NCBI GenBank assembly: GCA_918797485.1
Contig: CAKKNE010000003.1
Span: forward strand, 1,426,001 to 1,490,000
Direction of reading: 5' to 3'
DNA: 64,000 nucleotides
DNA from: Pelagomonas calceolata
Lineage: Eukaryota
The notes beneath the pieces were generated by a model. It had not been told where the DNA came from. It was given only the letters and a program-made list of their open reading frames with translations, and did no database searches. Numbering within the stretch: the first letter of the stretch is position 1; each line of letters starts with the position of its first letter. Both the position numbers and the translations under genes were made by a program. Shown here piece by piece: positions 52,221 through 60,459 of the stretch.

Positions 52221-53460
52221 ATGGAGCAGCTCTTCGACGCCGTGGGCTGCTGCAGTGCTGATGTTTATGAGGACCGCGAAGCTGCTCGCTTCGTCGACGG
52301 TGATGAAGACGTGCAGCCGCTGCTGCCGGACCGCTGCGCGGAAGTGCTCGGGCTGGCGTCGCCGGAAGCCTCCTACATGGACCGCCGGAAAGCGTACATC
52401 AGAGCAGCCCTGGTCTTCTCGCGCCTGGTCGGGCCGGTCGCCCCGTGGCGCGAGAAGCGCGGCTTCGAGCGGCGGGGCGCGCAGTCGTTCGCGGACGTGG
52501 CCGCGGCCTTCGAGGGCCTGCGGGCCACGCGGGACGCACCGCCGGGCTTCCAGCCCGACGACTTCCTGCCGCAGCTGCGGTGCTCGACGGACGGCGGGCG
52601 CACCGTCGACGACGACCGGCCGCCCGTGTCGGCGATGCTCCAGGTCGACGTCCGCGACAGCGGCGCGGGCGATTCGTTCGAACTAGGCGTCAAGTTCTCG
52701 ACGACGCGCTTTGTCTTGACGCGGACGCTGCGCGAGTTCCGGGCCCTGCACGCGTCGCTGCAGCGCCGCGCCCCGGCGTGCGCGAGCGCGCTGCCGCCGC
52801 TGCCGCACTCGATCGCTGAGCCGGGCGACAAGGACCGCCCCGCCGGCTTCTTCGAGGCCCTCGTGACGCCCAAGGGCCGGAACTCGACGGCGGCGTCGCC
52901 GCGGCGCGACGCGCGGAGACGGCTTCGGGCGTGGGTTGGGCAAGCGGTTGACTGGTTCCGCGCGCGGCGGCTCTATGATCCTGAGTTGCTGGCCTTCGTG
53001 GATTTGGACGCCGAACTTTTACTGCGGCTGCACCGCGAGGACATGCGTGGTTATCATTTGTCTCGGCGCTTCGATGGCGCACTCACTGGTCGGTTTCTGC
53101 ACAGGCGAGGACATGCGCGTCACACGGAATATTTTGGTGGCCTGGGGCGGCCCCGCAACGCACGCGGTCCCGGCGCCGTGGGCGCGGAGCTTCGTCGAGG
53201 CCGTCGCGAGCCGGCGGGGTCGCAACGTGGCCGAGCCGCCGCTGCCGGGGCCCATCCGCGCACGCGAGTGGCTCGAGGAGAATCGCACGGAGGAGGACGC
53301 GTGGAGATTAGTGACGCGCCCGGCCTACGTCGTGCTCTCGGCGGTCTACGGCGCCGACGCGGAGCTAGACGTGGGGACGCTCAAGGCGCTGGTCGACTCC
53401 CAGGCACTCGCGCCGCAGCAGACGTTCCTAGGGCTCACCGTCGAGCCTGTACAAGAGTAA
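52221..53460 (+). CDS. PX-domain protein with degenerate J-domain-like N-terminus; exons 52221-53034 and 53105-53460
   Basis: 'FVLTRTLREFRALHASL...LPPLP...RRRLRAWV...ELLAFVD' PX pattern; a 70-bp intron restores the frame. Confidence 0.65.
53035..53104 (+). mobile_element. Mini-introner intron (70 bp, GC-AG)
   Basis: Perfect TSD GCGAGGAC at 53035-53042 and 53105-53112; CGATGGCG core; ends ACTCACTGGTCGGTTTCTGCACAG. Confidence 0.85.
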
Positions 53461-53463
53461 GAC

Positions 53464-54494
53464 TTAGCGGCGCACCCGGTCGTCGGCCGTGAGCGCGTCG
53501 TCGTCCAACCCCGCCCGCCGGAGCCGCGCGCGGAGGTCGCTGACGAGCTCGTTCTTCTTCTGGAGCTGGCGCTTGAGGTCCGAGAACTGCCGCGACGACG
53601 TCAGCTTCGCCTCGAGGCCGTCCTCGGCGTCGCGCAGCCGCGACGAGAGCCGCTCGACCTCGTCGTCCTTGGCCTCGGCCTGGCTCCGCGACGACCTGTG
53701 TGGAAATCAAATTTCGGGCGCCCCACGCCATCGACGCGACGTGCTTTCCGTAGCTGCGTCTGCGCGATGGCGTGGCGATTCCACGCCATCGACGCGACAT
53801 TGTCCCCGTGGCCACGTCGGCTCGATGGCGTGGAGGCTCACGAAGGTCCACACGCAACTAACTCAGTGGTTGATTTCCACACAGGCGACGACGCGCGCAG
53901 CTCCTTTCGCAGGCGCCGTACCTCGTCCGCGAGGTCCGCCTGGTCGCGCGCCGCCTGCTCGCTCTGGGCCTGGAGCCGTCTTAAATCCTTCTGGAGCGTG
54001 GTATTGTCCTGGACCAGTCTATCGTTCGTCCGCTCGAGCGCTTTCTGCTCCTCTTTCGACGTCAAATCATCGAAGCTCGCGGACGGCCCCTTGGGCTCCG
54101 CGGGACTGAAAGACCCGCCCGTCAGCTTCAGGGCGTCGACCTGCCTCAGCAAGGCTTCGTCCTCGATCACGGACGTGTCGACCCGCAACCGGACGCCGCG
54201 CTGCTGCGCCGTCGCCAGCAGGTTCTTGAGCAACAACACGTTCATGTTCACGATCTTCTTCAGATCTCTCTCGACCCCGTCCTTGACCACGACCTGGAGG
54301 TGGTCCACGGCACTCGTGACGTCCTCGAGGCTAAACGGCGGGTCCACCCCTCTAATTCTGTCCTCGAGGCAGTCCTCGAAGTCGCCGTCGAGGGCCTCGA
54401 GCGTCCGCGCGCGCTCTCCTTTAAAAAAGGTCATGAAACTGATAATCTCGCCGCGCGTCGCGTCGGGCAGGCCGCTGAGGATGTCGCGCGACAT
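53464..54494 (-). CDS. LZTFL1: Leucine zipper transcription factor-like 1 (BBS17) homolog; exons 54494-53893 and 53695-53464
   Basis: 'EIISFMTFFK...F.D..EDR...F....V...L...V...VE.DL....MNVLLLKNL...A.....L.VDTS..ED..LL' and C-terminal 'KKNELVSDLRARL'. Confidence 0.82.
53696..53884 (+). mobile_element. Intact introner (189 bp), antisense to host gene; intron 53696-53892
   Basis: Perfect 15-bp TIRs and perfect 8-bp TSD GCGACGAC (53688-53695 and 53885-53892); two internal CCACGCCATCG/CGATGGCGTGG hairpins. Confidence 0.95.
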
Positions 54495-54560
54495 GCTTAC
54501 GCTGCCCCGTGTTCCACTCCCGTGGCTGCCCCTTGTCCTGGGTGTCGGGAGGCTGCCGCG

Positions 54561-54689
54561 GCGGCCGGCGTGGGTGCCTGGCCTTCCGGGACGGCCCAGA
54601 AATGACCGGAGCAGGTACCGTGGCGGCAGGCGTGGGTGCGCGCGATGCCTGGCGTTCCGTGACGGCCCAGAAATGACCGGACCAGGTAC
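54561..54689. repeat. Imperfect tandem duplication (~60-67 bp x2) upstream of LZTFL1
   Basis: GGCGTGGGTGC...TGCCTGGC.TTCCG.GACGGCCCAGAAATGACCGGA.CAGGTAC occurs twice. Confidence 0.75.
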
Positions 54690-54746
54690 GAAGCGGGACC
54701 AGGTGGCTGCCCCAAACGCTGTCGGCTGCCCCGCGCGCAAGCTCTA

Positions 54747-54766
54747 GCTAGCGGTAAGACACTAGC
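54747..54766 (-). promoter_or_regulatory. Recurrent CTAG-bounded intergenic motif
   Basis: GCTAGCGGTAAGACACTAGC between divergent starts 54494 and 54966. Confidence 0.55.
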
Positions 54767-54965
54767 TTGCCGGCACAAAAACTCCTCTTAATCGGCCACC
54801 AGTGCGCTCGCCTCGCCGAAAAGGTGCGCAGGCATCGAGAGACGACAGCTGCGCTTGGTTCGCTTGCTTTTTTTGCACGTGTCGCTGCTCCGGGCCTGTG
54901 GCACCTCCAGCCCAGCACTCACCTCTCCGCCCTTGGTGTGGCAGCACTTCCAGAGAGAGATAAAA

Positions 54966-55886
54966 ATGCCGCGCCAAGCAGCGTTCGTGCTCTGCGCGCT
55001 GCTCGTCGGCTGTGCGCGCAGCGACGACGCCACAACCAAAAAGAAGAAGAAACGCGCGAGCAAGGACTGGAGCAAGGTCGATTTGGACGCCGTCGGCCGG
55101 GAATGGGAGAGCGGCGACGAGGCCGACGAGCTCAAGACCGAGTCCCAGGTCTACGAGGAGATGATCGAACGGCGGCGCGCCGCGAGCGAGGACGGCGGCT
55201 GGATGGACCCCGCTCAGATCACGAAGCTCGACCCCAAAAAACTCACCGAGCAGATGGCGCACCAGCAGTCGGACACGGGCGCCGCGATGCTCTTCGTGAC
55301 ACTGACCGACAAGCAGATGACCGGCGCCAACAAGGGCGACGCCTGGAGCGAGAAGGCCGAGCAGCAGTTCGCCGGCATCCTGACGGCGTTGCTGAAGACC
55401 GGGGGGCTGAACGTCCAGGCGTACCGGATCGGCGAGCGGAAGCTGCTGTTGTCGACGATGACGGGCTGGTACGGCCGCGACGTCGTCGAGTTCTGTGTGG
55501 AAATCAAAATTTACGGCGCGTTCGTGCTGAATCATCGCGTCGTCCTCCACGCCATCGACGCGACGCCTGCTCGACGGCGTGGCGGTGTGAATTCCTCACC
55601 GCTCGACCGAGCCAGGACGGCCGCGTCGTCGCCGAGAAACGACTTAGTGAAGAATTGTCGGGTGCACCCAACGCACTGGTTGATTTCCACACAGGTCGAG
55701 TTCCTGACGGAGCAGCCCTCCGTCATGAAGGTGACCTGGGACTCGGTCGACTACCTGAACGAGAACGCTGAGCAAACGCCCGAGCCGGAAGGTGGGACGG
55801 CGCCGGGCAAGCCGAAGGCGCCGCCGGTTCGTCGCAAGAAGAAACGTCGGCGGACTCGGAAGAAGAAGTCTAAGGATGATCTTTAG
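54966..55886 (+). CDS. MESD/Boca-like ER chaperone; exons 54966-55484 and 55695-55886
   Basis: Signal peptide; 'EWESGDE', 'MLFVTL', 'VQAYRIGERKLLL...DV|VEFLTEQPSVMKVTWDSVDY'; C-terminal KDDL. Confidence 0.75.
   Translation: MPRQAAFVLCALLVGCARSDDATTKKKKKRASKDWSKVDLDAVGREWESGDEADELKTESQVYEEMIERRRAASEDGGWMDPAQITKLDPKKLTEQMAHQQSDTGAAMLFVTLTDKQMTGANKGDAWSEKAEQQFAGILTALLKTGGLNVQAYRIGERKLLLSTMTGWYGRDVVEFCVEIKIYGAFVLNHRVVLHAIDATPARRRGGVNSSPLDRARTAASSPRNDLVKNCRVHPTHWLISTQVEFLTEQPSVMKVTWDSVDYLNENAEQTPEPEGGTAPGKPKAPPVRRKKKRRRTRKKKSKDDL
55493..55694 (+). mobile_element. Intact introner (202 bp); intron 55485-55694 (210 bp, in frame)
   Basis: Perfect TIRs CTGTGTGGAAATCAA/TTGATTTCCACACAG and perfect TSD GTCGAGTT (55485-55492 and 55695-55702). 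Confidence 0.95.
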
Positions 55887-55898
55887 ACCGGAGGAAAA

Positions 55899-58800
55899 CT
55901 AGCCGCGGAGCGTCGCGGGGAAGCCCGCGGGCGACAGCTCCGCGCGGTCGCGCCGGAGCTTGGCGATGCGCTGGCGCCGGTCGCGGTCCACGGATCGCGC
56001 CGACGGCGCGGGCACGGGCGCCGTCGACGGCGGCGCCGAGCCGACGGCCATGGGCTTGCGGCGGCGCCGCGCGGGCGCTTCGCCGAGAATTTTCTCCGTC
56101 GCAACGACGCGACGCGCCGGCGACGCCGGCTGCTGCTTCGGCGTGCGCGACGGCCCGGAGGACGTCTCGAGGAAGTCGAGGACGTCGCGGTTCGTCCGCT
56201 CGATCTTGGGCACGGGGTTCGACGAGGGCGGCTGCGGCGGCCGCGCCGTCTCGACGACGGGCGGCGCCCGCGCGGCGGCGGCGCGCCGGCCCCGGAGCCG
56301 CGCGAGGCGCGCGTCGAGGTCGTCGAGGTCCGACACGACCGAGTCGAGCGCCGAGTCGTCGTCGGCGCTGGGTTGGTGGGGGCGGTCCCGCGGCGGCGGC
56401 GGCGGCGGCGGCCCGGCGTCGTCCGAGTCCCAGGACGCCGCGACGAGCGCGCCGTGCTGGACCAGGGACCGCGACGACGCCGCGAGCGCGTCCTCCGCGC
56501 GGCCCACGGCCAGCCACAGGGCTGCGGCCTCGCGCCGCGACGACGCCCGGAGCTCCGAGATCTCCGACTCCCGCGACTTGAGCGCCGCCTCGAGGGCCTG
56601 GACCTCGCGCGCCGTGTGCCCGGCGCCCGGCGGCGTCGGCGGCGGCGGCGGCTCGGCCCGCGGCGCGTCCTCCGCGGGCGCCGGCGCGGGCGCCGCGGGC
56701 GCCGCCGCGGCCGCCGCGCGCAGCTTCTCGCCGTAGGCGACGGCCGCCGCGTCCGCGCGCGCCGCCTCCGCGACGCGGCCGGCCCGGTCGACCGCGTCGT
56801 GCGCCGCGCTCAGCTCGCGCCGCAGCGCCTCGCGCTCCGCCGCCGCGGCCGACGCCGCTGCGGCGCGCTCCTCGACGACGGCGTCCCGCTCGTCCGCGAG
56901 GTCCCGGAGCGCCGCGCGCGCGGCCTCGGCCTGCCGCGACACGGACGCGTGCACGCTCCGCAGCGACTGCTCCAGGTCGCGCTGCGCCGTGGCCCGCAGC
57001 GCGTCGAGCTCCTCGGCGTGGCGCGCGCGCTCGCGCTCCAGCGCGGCGTCGACCTCGCGCCGCTCGTCGTCGCGCTTCGCCTTGGCCTCGCGCAGCTCGC
57101 GCTCCCGCGCCTCGGCCTCGCGCCGCGACCGCGCGAGCTCCTCCTCGAGGAGCTGCGCGCGCCGCTCCATCGACGACAGCGACGTCGACACGAGGTCGTT
57201 CACGAGGCCCATGTCGTCGCGGCTCCCGGAGGCGAGCGACGCCGGCGTCGCGGGCCGGTCCAGCGACTGCGTCAGCGGCGACGGCGGCGCCTCGAGCTCC
57301 GGCCGCTCCGGCGGCGCCGGCGTCGCCTCGAGCAGCGACCGCATCGCGGCCGTCGCCGCGTCGGCGGCGTCGCGCGCCGTCGCCGTCTGCTCGAGCTCCG
57401 CCGCGGCCTCGACGGCGACGGACGCGGCGCCCTCGAGCTTGCGCTCCACGGCCGAGCACCGGGACGCGGCCTCGAGCGCCGCGGCCTCGGCCTCGAGGCG
57501 CCGCCGCGCCTCGGCCTTGGAGCTCTCCGAGGCCTCCGAGGCCCGCGCGAGCGCCGCGTCCCGGTCGACCTCCGCCTGGCGGAGCTGCTCCCGCAGGTCG
57601 CGCAGCGCGCCCTCGGCGTCGCGCTGCGCGCGCGTCTCCTCGACGGCGCGCGCGAGCGCCCGCGCCGACAGGTCGCGCTCGCGCTCGACGAGCGCCTCGA
57701 CGGCCGCGGCCGCCGCCGTCGGCGTGGTGCCGGTGGCGCCCGGCCGCGGCGACGGCGGGTCCCGCGCCGCGAGCTGCGACACGGAGAGCGGCCGCGCGTC
57801 CGCGGCGACGGCCTCGAGGGCCCGCGCGTCCGCCGCGGCCCTCTGCAGGGCGCGCGCGCCCGCGTCGCGCGCGAGCGCGCCGCCGCCGTCGCCCTTGGCC
57901 GCCGCCGCGGCCCAGTGGAGCGCGGGCAGCGCGAACGCGAGCGGCTCCGGCGCGCGGCCGCCGACGCAGACGGCGACGACGGGCCGGGCCTCCGCGGCGA
58001 GGAACGCCGCGCCGGGCGGCGGCGGGTCCACGCCGCAGGCGCCGCGGACGAGGGCGACGCAGGCGTCGAGCTGCGCCGCGCCGCCGGCCGGCCCGTCGCC
58101 GGCCTGGGCGACGCGGACGACGTGCGCCGCGCGGCCCGCCGCGGCGAGGCCCGGCGCCGCGTCGAGCGTGGCGACGACGTGGCCGGGGCCCGGCTGCGCC
58201 GCCGCCGCGAGGTGCGCGGCGTCGAAGAGGCGGTGCACGAGCCGCGTCGTCGCGGCCGCGTCGCCGCCGCCGCCGACGGGCCGCTGCTCGCTCCGGAGCA
58301 GGTCGCAGGCCGCGCCGGCGGCGTCGACGCGGCGCAGCCGCAGGAGGAGCGGCGGCGCCGCGGCGGCGCCGGCGCCCCGGCCCCCGACGCGCGCCGCCGC
58401 CGCGCACGCCGCCGCGGCGACGGCCTCGCGCTGGAGGGCCTCGCAGGTGCCCGCGTCGCCGACGCAGAGGACGAGCGTCGCGGCGCGCGCGCGCGGCGCC
58501 GCGCCGGGCGCGAGCGCCTCGGCGAGCGCGTCGGCGACGGCCGCGACGCCCGGGGGCTCGCTCCCGACGCCGCAGCCGCCGAAGATGGGGAAGGTCCGCG
58601 CCCAGGTCTTCTGCTCGCGCCCGCCGCCGCCCGCGCGGCACTCGACGCCGAGCTGCGCCGACCAGCGCGCCGCGCCGCGCGCGACCGCGACGACGGCCGG
58701 CGCCGCGCGCCGGAGCCGGGCGGCGGCGTCGGACGGGCCGCCGCCCGCGCCCGCGCCGAGCTGCTCGCGCGCCGTGCGGTGGACGACGGCCCGCCAGTCG

Positions 58801-58913
58801 ACGGGGCTCCGCGCCTCGTCCTCGGACGAGAGCGACGACACGGCGCCCGGCGCGGCGTCGTCCTCGTCGTCGGAGACGGCGAAGAGGTACTTCTCGTCGA
58901 CATTCGACATCAT
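55899..58913 (-). CDS. Large Ala/Arg/Glu-rich coiled-coil protein, extremely GC-rich
   Basis: ~1000-aa ORF with long heptad region; this frame gives the most protein-like composition. Confidence 0.65.
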   Translation of the reverse strand: MMSNVDEKYLFAVSDDEDDAAPGAVSSLSSEDEARSPVDWRAVVHRTAREQLGAGAGGGPSDAAARLRRAAPAVVAVARGAARWSAQLGVECRAGGGGREQKTWARTFPIFGGCGVGSEPPGVAAVADALAEALAPGAAPRARAATLVLCVGDAGTCEALQREAVAAAACAAAARVGGRGAGAAAAPPLLLRLRRVDAAGAACDLLRSEQRPVGGGGDAAATTRLVHRLFDAAHLAAAAQPGPGHVVATLDAAPGLAAAGRAAHVVRVAQAGDGPAGGAAQLDACVALVRGACGVDPPPPGAAFLAAEARPVVAVCVGGRAPEPLAFALPALHWAAAAAKGDGGGALARDAGARALQRAAADARALEAVAADARPLSVSQLAARDPPSPRPGATGTTPTAAAAAVEALVERERDLSARALARAVEETRAQRDAEGALRDLREQLRQAEVDRDAALARASEASESSKAEARRRLEAEAAALEAASRCSAVERKLEGAASVAVEAAAELEQTATARDAADAATAAMRSLLEATPAPPERPELEAPPSPLTQSLDRPATPASLASGSRDDMGLVNDLVSTSLSSMERRAQLLEEELARSRREAEARERELREAKAKRDDERREVDAALERERARHAEELDALRATAQRDLEQSLRSVHASVSRQAEAARAALRDLADERDAVVEERAAAASAAAAEREALRRELSAAHDAVDRAGRVAEAARADAAAVAYGEKLRAAAAAAPAAPAPAPAEDAPRAEPPPPPTPPGAGHTAREVQALEAALKSRESEISELRASSRREAAALWLAVGRAEDALAASSRSLVQHGALVAASWDSDDAGPPPPPPPRDRPHQPSADDDSALDSVVSDLDDLDARLARLRGRRAAAARAPPVVETARPPQPPSSNPVPKIERTNRDVLDFLETSSGPSRTPKQQPASPARRVVATEKILGEAPARRRRKPMAVGSAPPSTAPVPAPSARSVDRDRRQRIAKLRRDRAELSPAGFPATLRG

Positions 58914-59111
58914 GTTGCTATCCGGGACGCGCGTCGATTTTGAGCCTCCAACTGGCTGCTGCTCTCTTTTTTCGCGCAGCCGGGGCACCAGATGCTCGGC
59001 GACGCCAGAAGCAACAGCCGCTATTCCTTCCAGCTACACTTAAGTTGGCTACACCTAAGTTAGTACTCCGGCGTCTCGAAACTGCCGCGCAAGCCTTTTT
59101 GTTGTGTGTTT

Positions 59112-59134
59112 GCTAGTATGTTAGTGCCGCTAGC
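59112..59134 (+). promoter_or_regulatory. Degenerate CTAG-bounded intergenic motif
   Basis: GCTAGTATGTTAGTGCCGCTAGC between divergent starts 58913 and 59420. Confidence 0.45.
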
Positions 59135-59297
59135 AGAGTTGCGCCGCACACAATATAGTAGTGCCCAGCTGGCGCCCTGCCACCTAGATTTCCTTTGAAG
59201 ACACGCCCCCCGGCTCCGCAAGCGCCCCAGCGCCCCGGGAAGGCGCAGACGCTCGCCCCGCCCGCTGCCCGGCCTCAAGCTTCCAGCCACCAGTGAG

Positions 59298-59414
59298 CCA
59301 GCGCTCGTCTCCGCGGCGCCGACACCGCACGCGCGCACCCAGCGCTCGTCGCCGCGCAGCCGCCACCGCACGCGCGCACCCAGCACCCAGCGCCGCCGCC
59401 GCCACCGCACGCGC
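59298..59414 (+). repeat. Tandem repeat (~41-bp unit, ~3 imperfect copies) just upstream of the UBE2J ATG
   Basis: CCAGCGCTCGTC.CCGCG..GCCG.CACCGCACGCGCGCAC repeated. Confidence 0.75.
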
Positions 59415-59419
59415 AAACG

Positions 59420-60079
59420 ATGGCCACGCCCATAGCCGCGCGGCGCCTCCAGCGCGAGCTCGCGGCCCTCGCGCGCGAGCCCGTGCCGCACATCGTCGCC
59501 CGCCCCCTCGAGGACAATATTCTGGAGTGGCACTACGTCATCGCCGCCGCGGCGGACACGCCCTACGCCGGCGGCCACTACCACGGCCGGCTGCGCTTCC
59601 CGGCGGACTACCCGCTGCGGCCGCCGGCCGTGCTCATGCTCACGCCGTCGGGCCGCTTCAAGACGAACCGGCGGCTCTGCCTCTCGATGAGCGACTTCCA
59701 CCCGGAGAGCTGGAACCCCATGTGGTCGGTAGCCACGATCCTGACGGGCCTCTACAGCTTCATGCTCGAGGACGCGCCGACGCTCGGCTCCGTCGACGCG
59801 ACGGCCGCGCAGCGCCGCGAGCTCGCGGCGCGGAGCCTCGCGTTCAACGTCCGCGACGACCAGTTCCGCCGCCTCTTCCCGGAGCTCGTCGCGGAGCACG
59901 ACGCGCGCCGCGAGGCGGCGGCCGCGGCGGCGCCCCCGGCCGGCGCGGCGGCCGCGGCGGCCGCCGCGGCGCCGGCGCCGGCGCCGGAGCGGCGCGCCGA
60001 CGGCGGCGCGTGCTCCCTCGTCGTCGCGGGGTCCGTGGCGTGCGTGGCGGTCGTGGCGCTCCTCGTGCTCGGCGTCTGA
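59420..60079 (+). CDS. UBE2J2: ER tail-anchored ubiquitin-conjugating enzyme (Ubc6/UBE2J type)
   Basis: 'NILEWHYV', 'TPSGRFKTNRRLCLSMSDFHPESWNPMWSVATILTGL' and C-terminal TM. Confidence 0.9.
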   Translation: MATPIAARRLQRELAALAREPVPHIVARPLEDNILEWHYVIAAAADTPYAGGHYHGRLRFPADYPLRPPAVLMLTPSGRFKTNRRLCLSMSDFHPESWNPMWSVATILTGLYSFMLEDAPTLGSVDATAAQRRELAARSLAFNVRDDQFRRLFPELVAEHDARREAAAAAAPPAGAAAAAAAAAPAPAPERRADGGACSLVVAGSVACVAVVALLVLGV

Positions 60080-60459
60080 CGCGCCCACCTGTTAAGCTTG
60101 CTTCGTTTAGGACGACCCGGGCGGGCGTTTCTAGATAGGCGTCGTCGTCGTGACCGTGACGTCTGGAAGGGGGCGGAACTGACTAATTCGGCTACTGTAG
60201 CGCCTCCCCAATTGATAGCTGCCCCGTACCGTTGACGGTACAGGGGGGCACACCTGCGGCTGTTGTAGAAAATACGGGGCTGCGATGTGTGTACAGCCGG
60301 TGTGGCCAAGGTAGCGGTATTGGCGACGGACGCCATAGGTGAATCCCCGTGTTTATACTAGCACTAGTTGTAATCAAGAGTTCACTCCATGTTACGGTGG
60401 TTGCGTGTGGAGTCTCGCGTCCGCGACTGTCTAAAGTGTCTAGAGTTTCCTAGGATGTC

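Noticed and set aside
57900..58700. Degenerate kinesin motor in the large coiled-coil protein
   Set aside because: No P-loop, SSRSH or DLAGSE motifs; the resemblance is too vague
55870..59043. Several very long overlapping ORFs (923, 856, 684 and 543 aa)
   Set aside because: Artefacts of extreme GC content (few stops); Arg/Gly/Pro-rich shadow frames of the 55899-58913 gene
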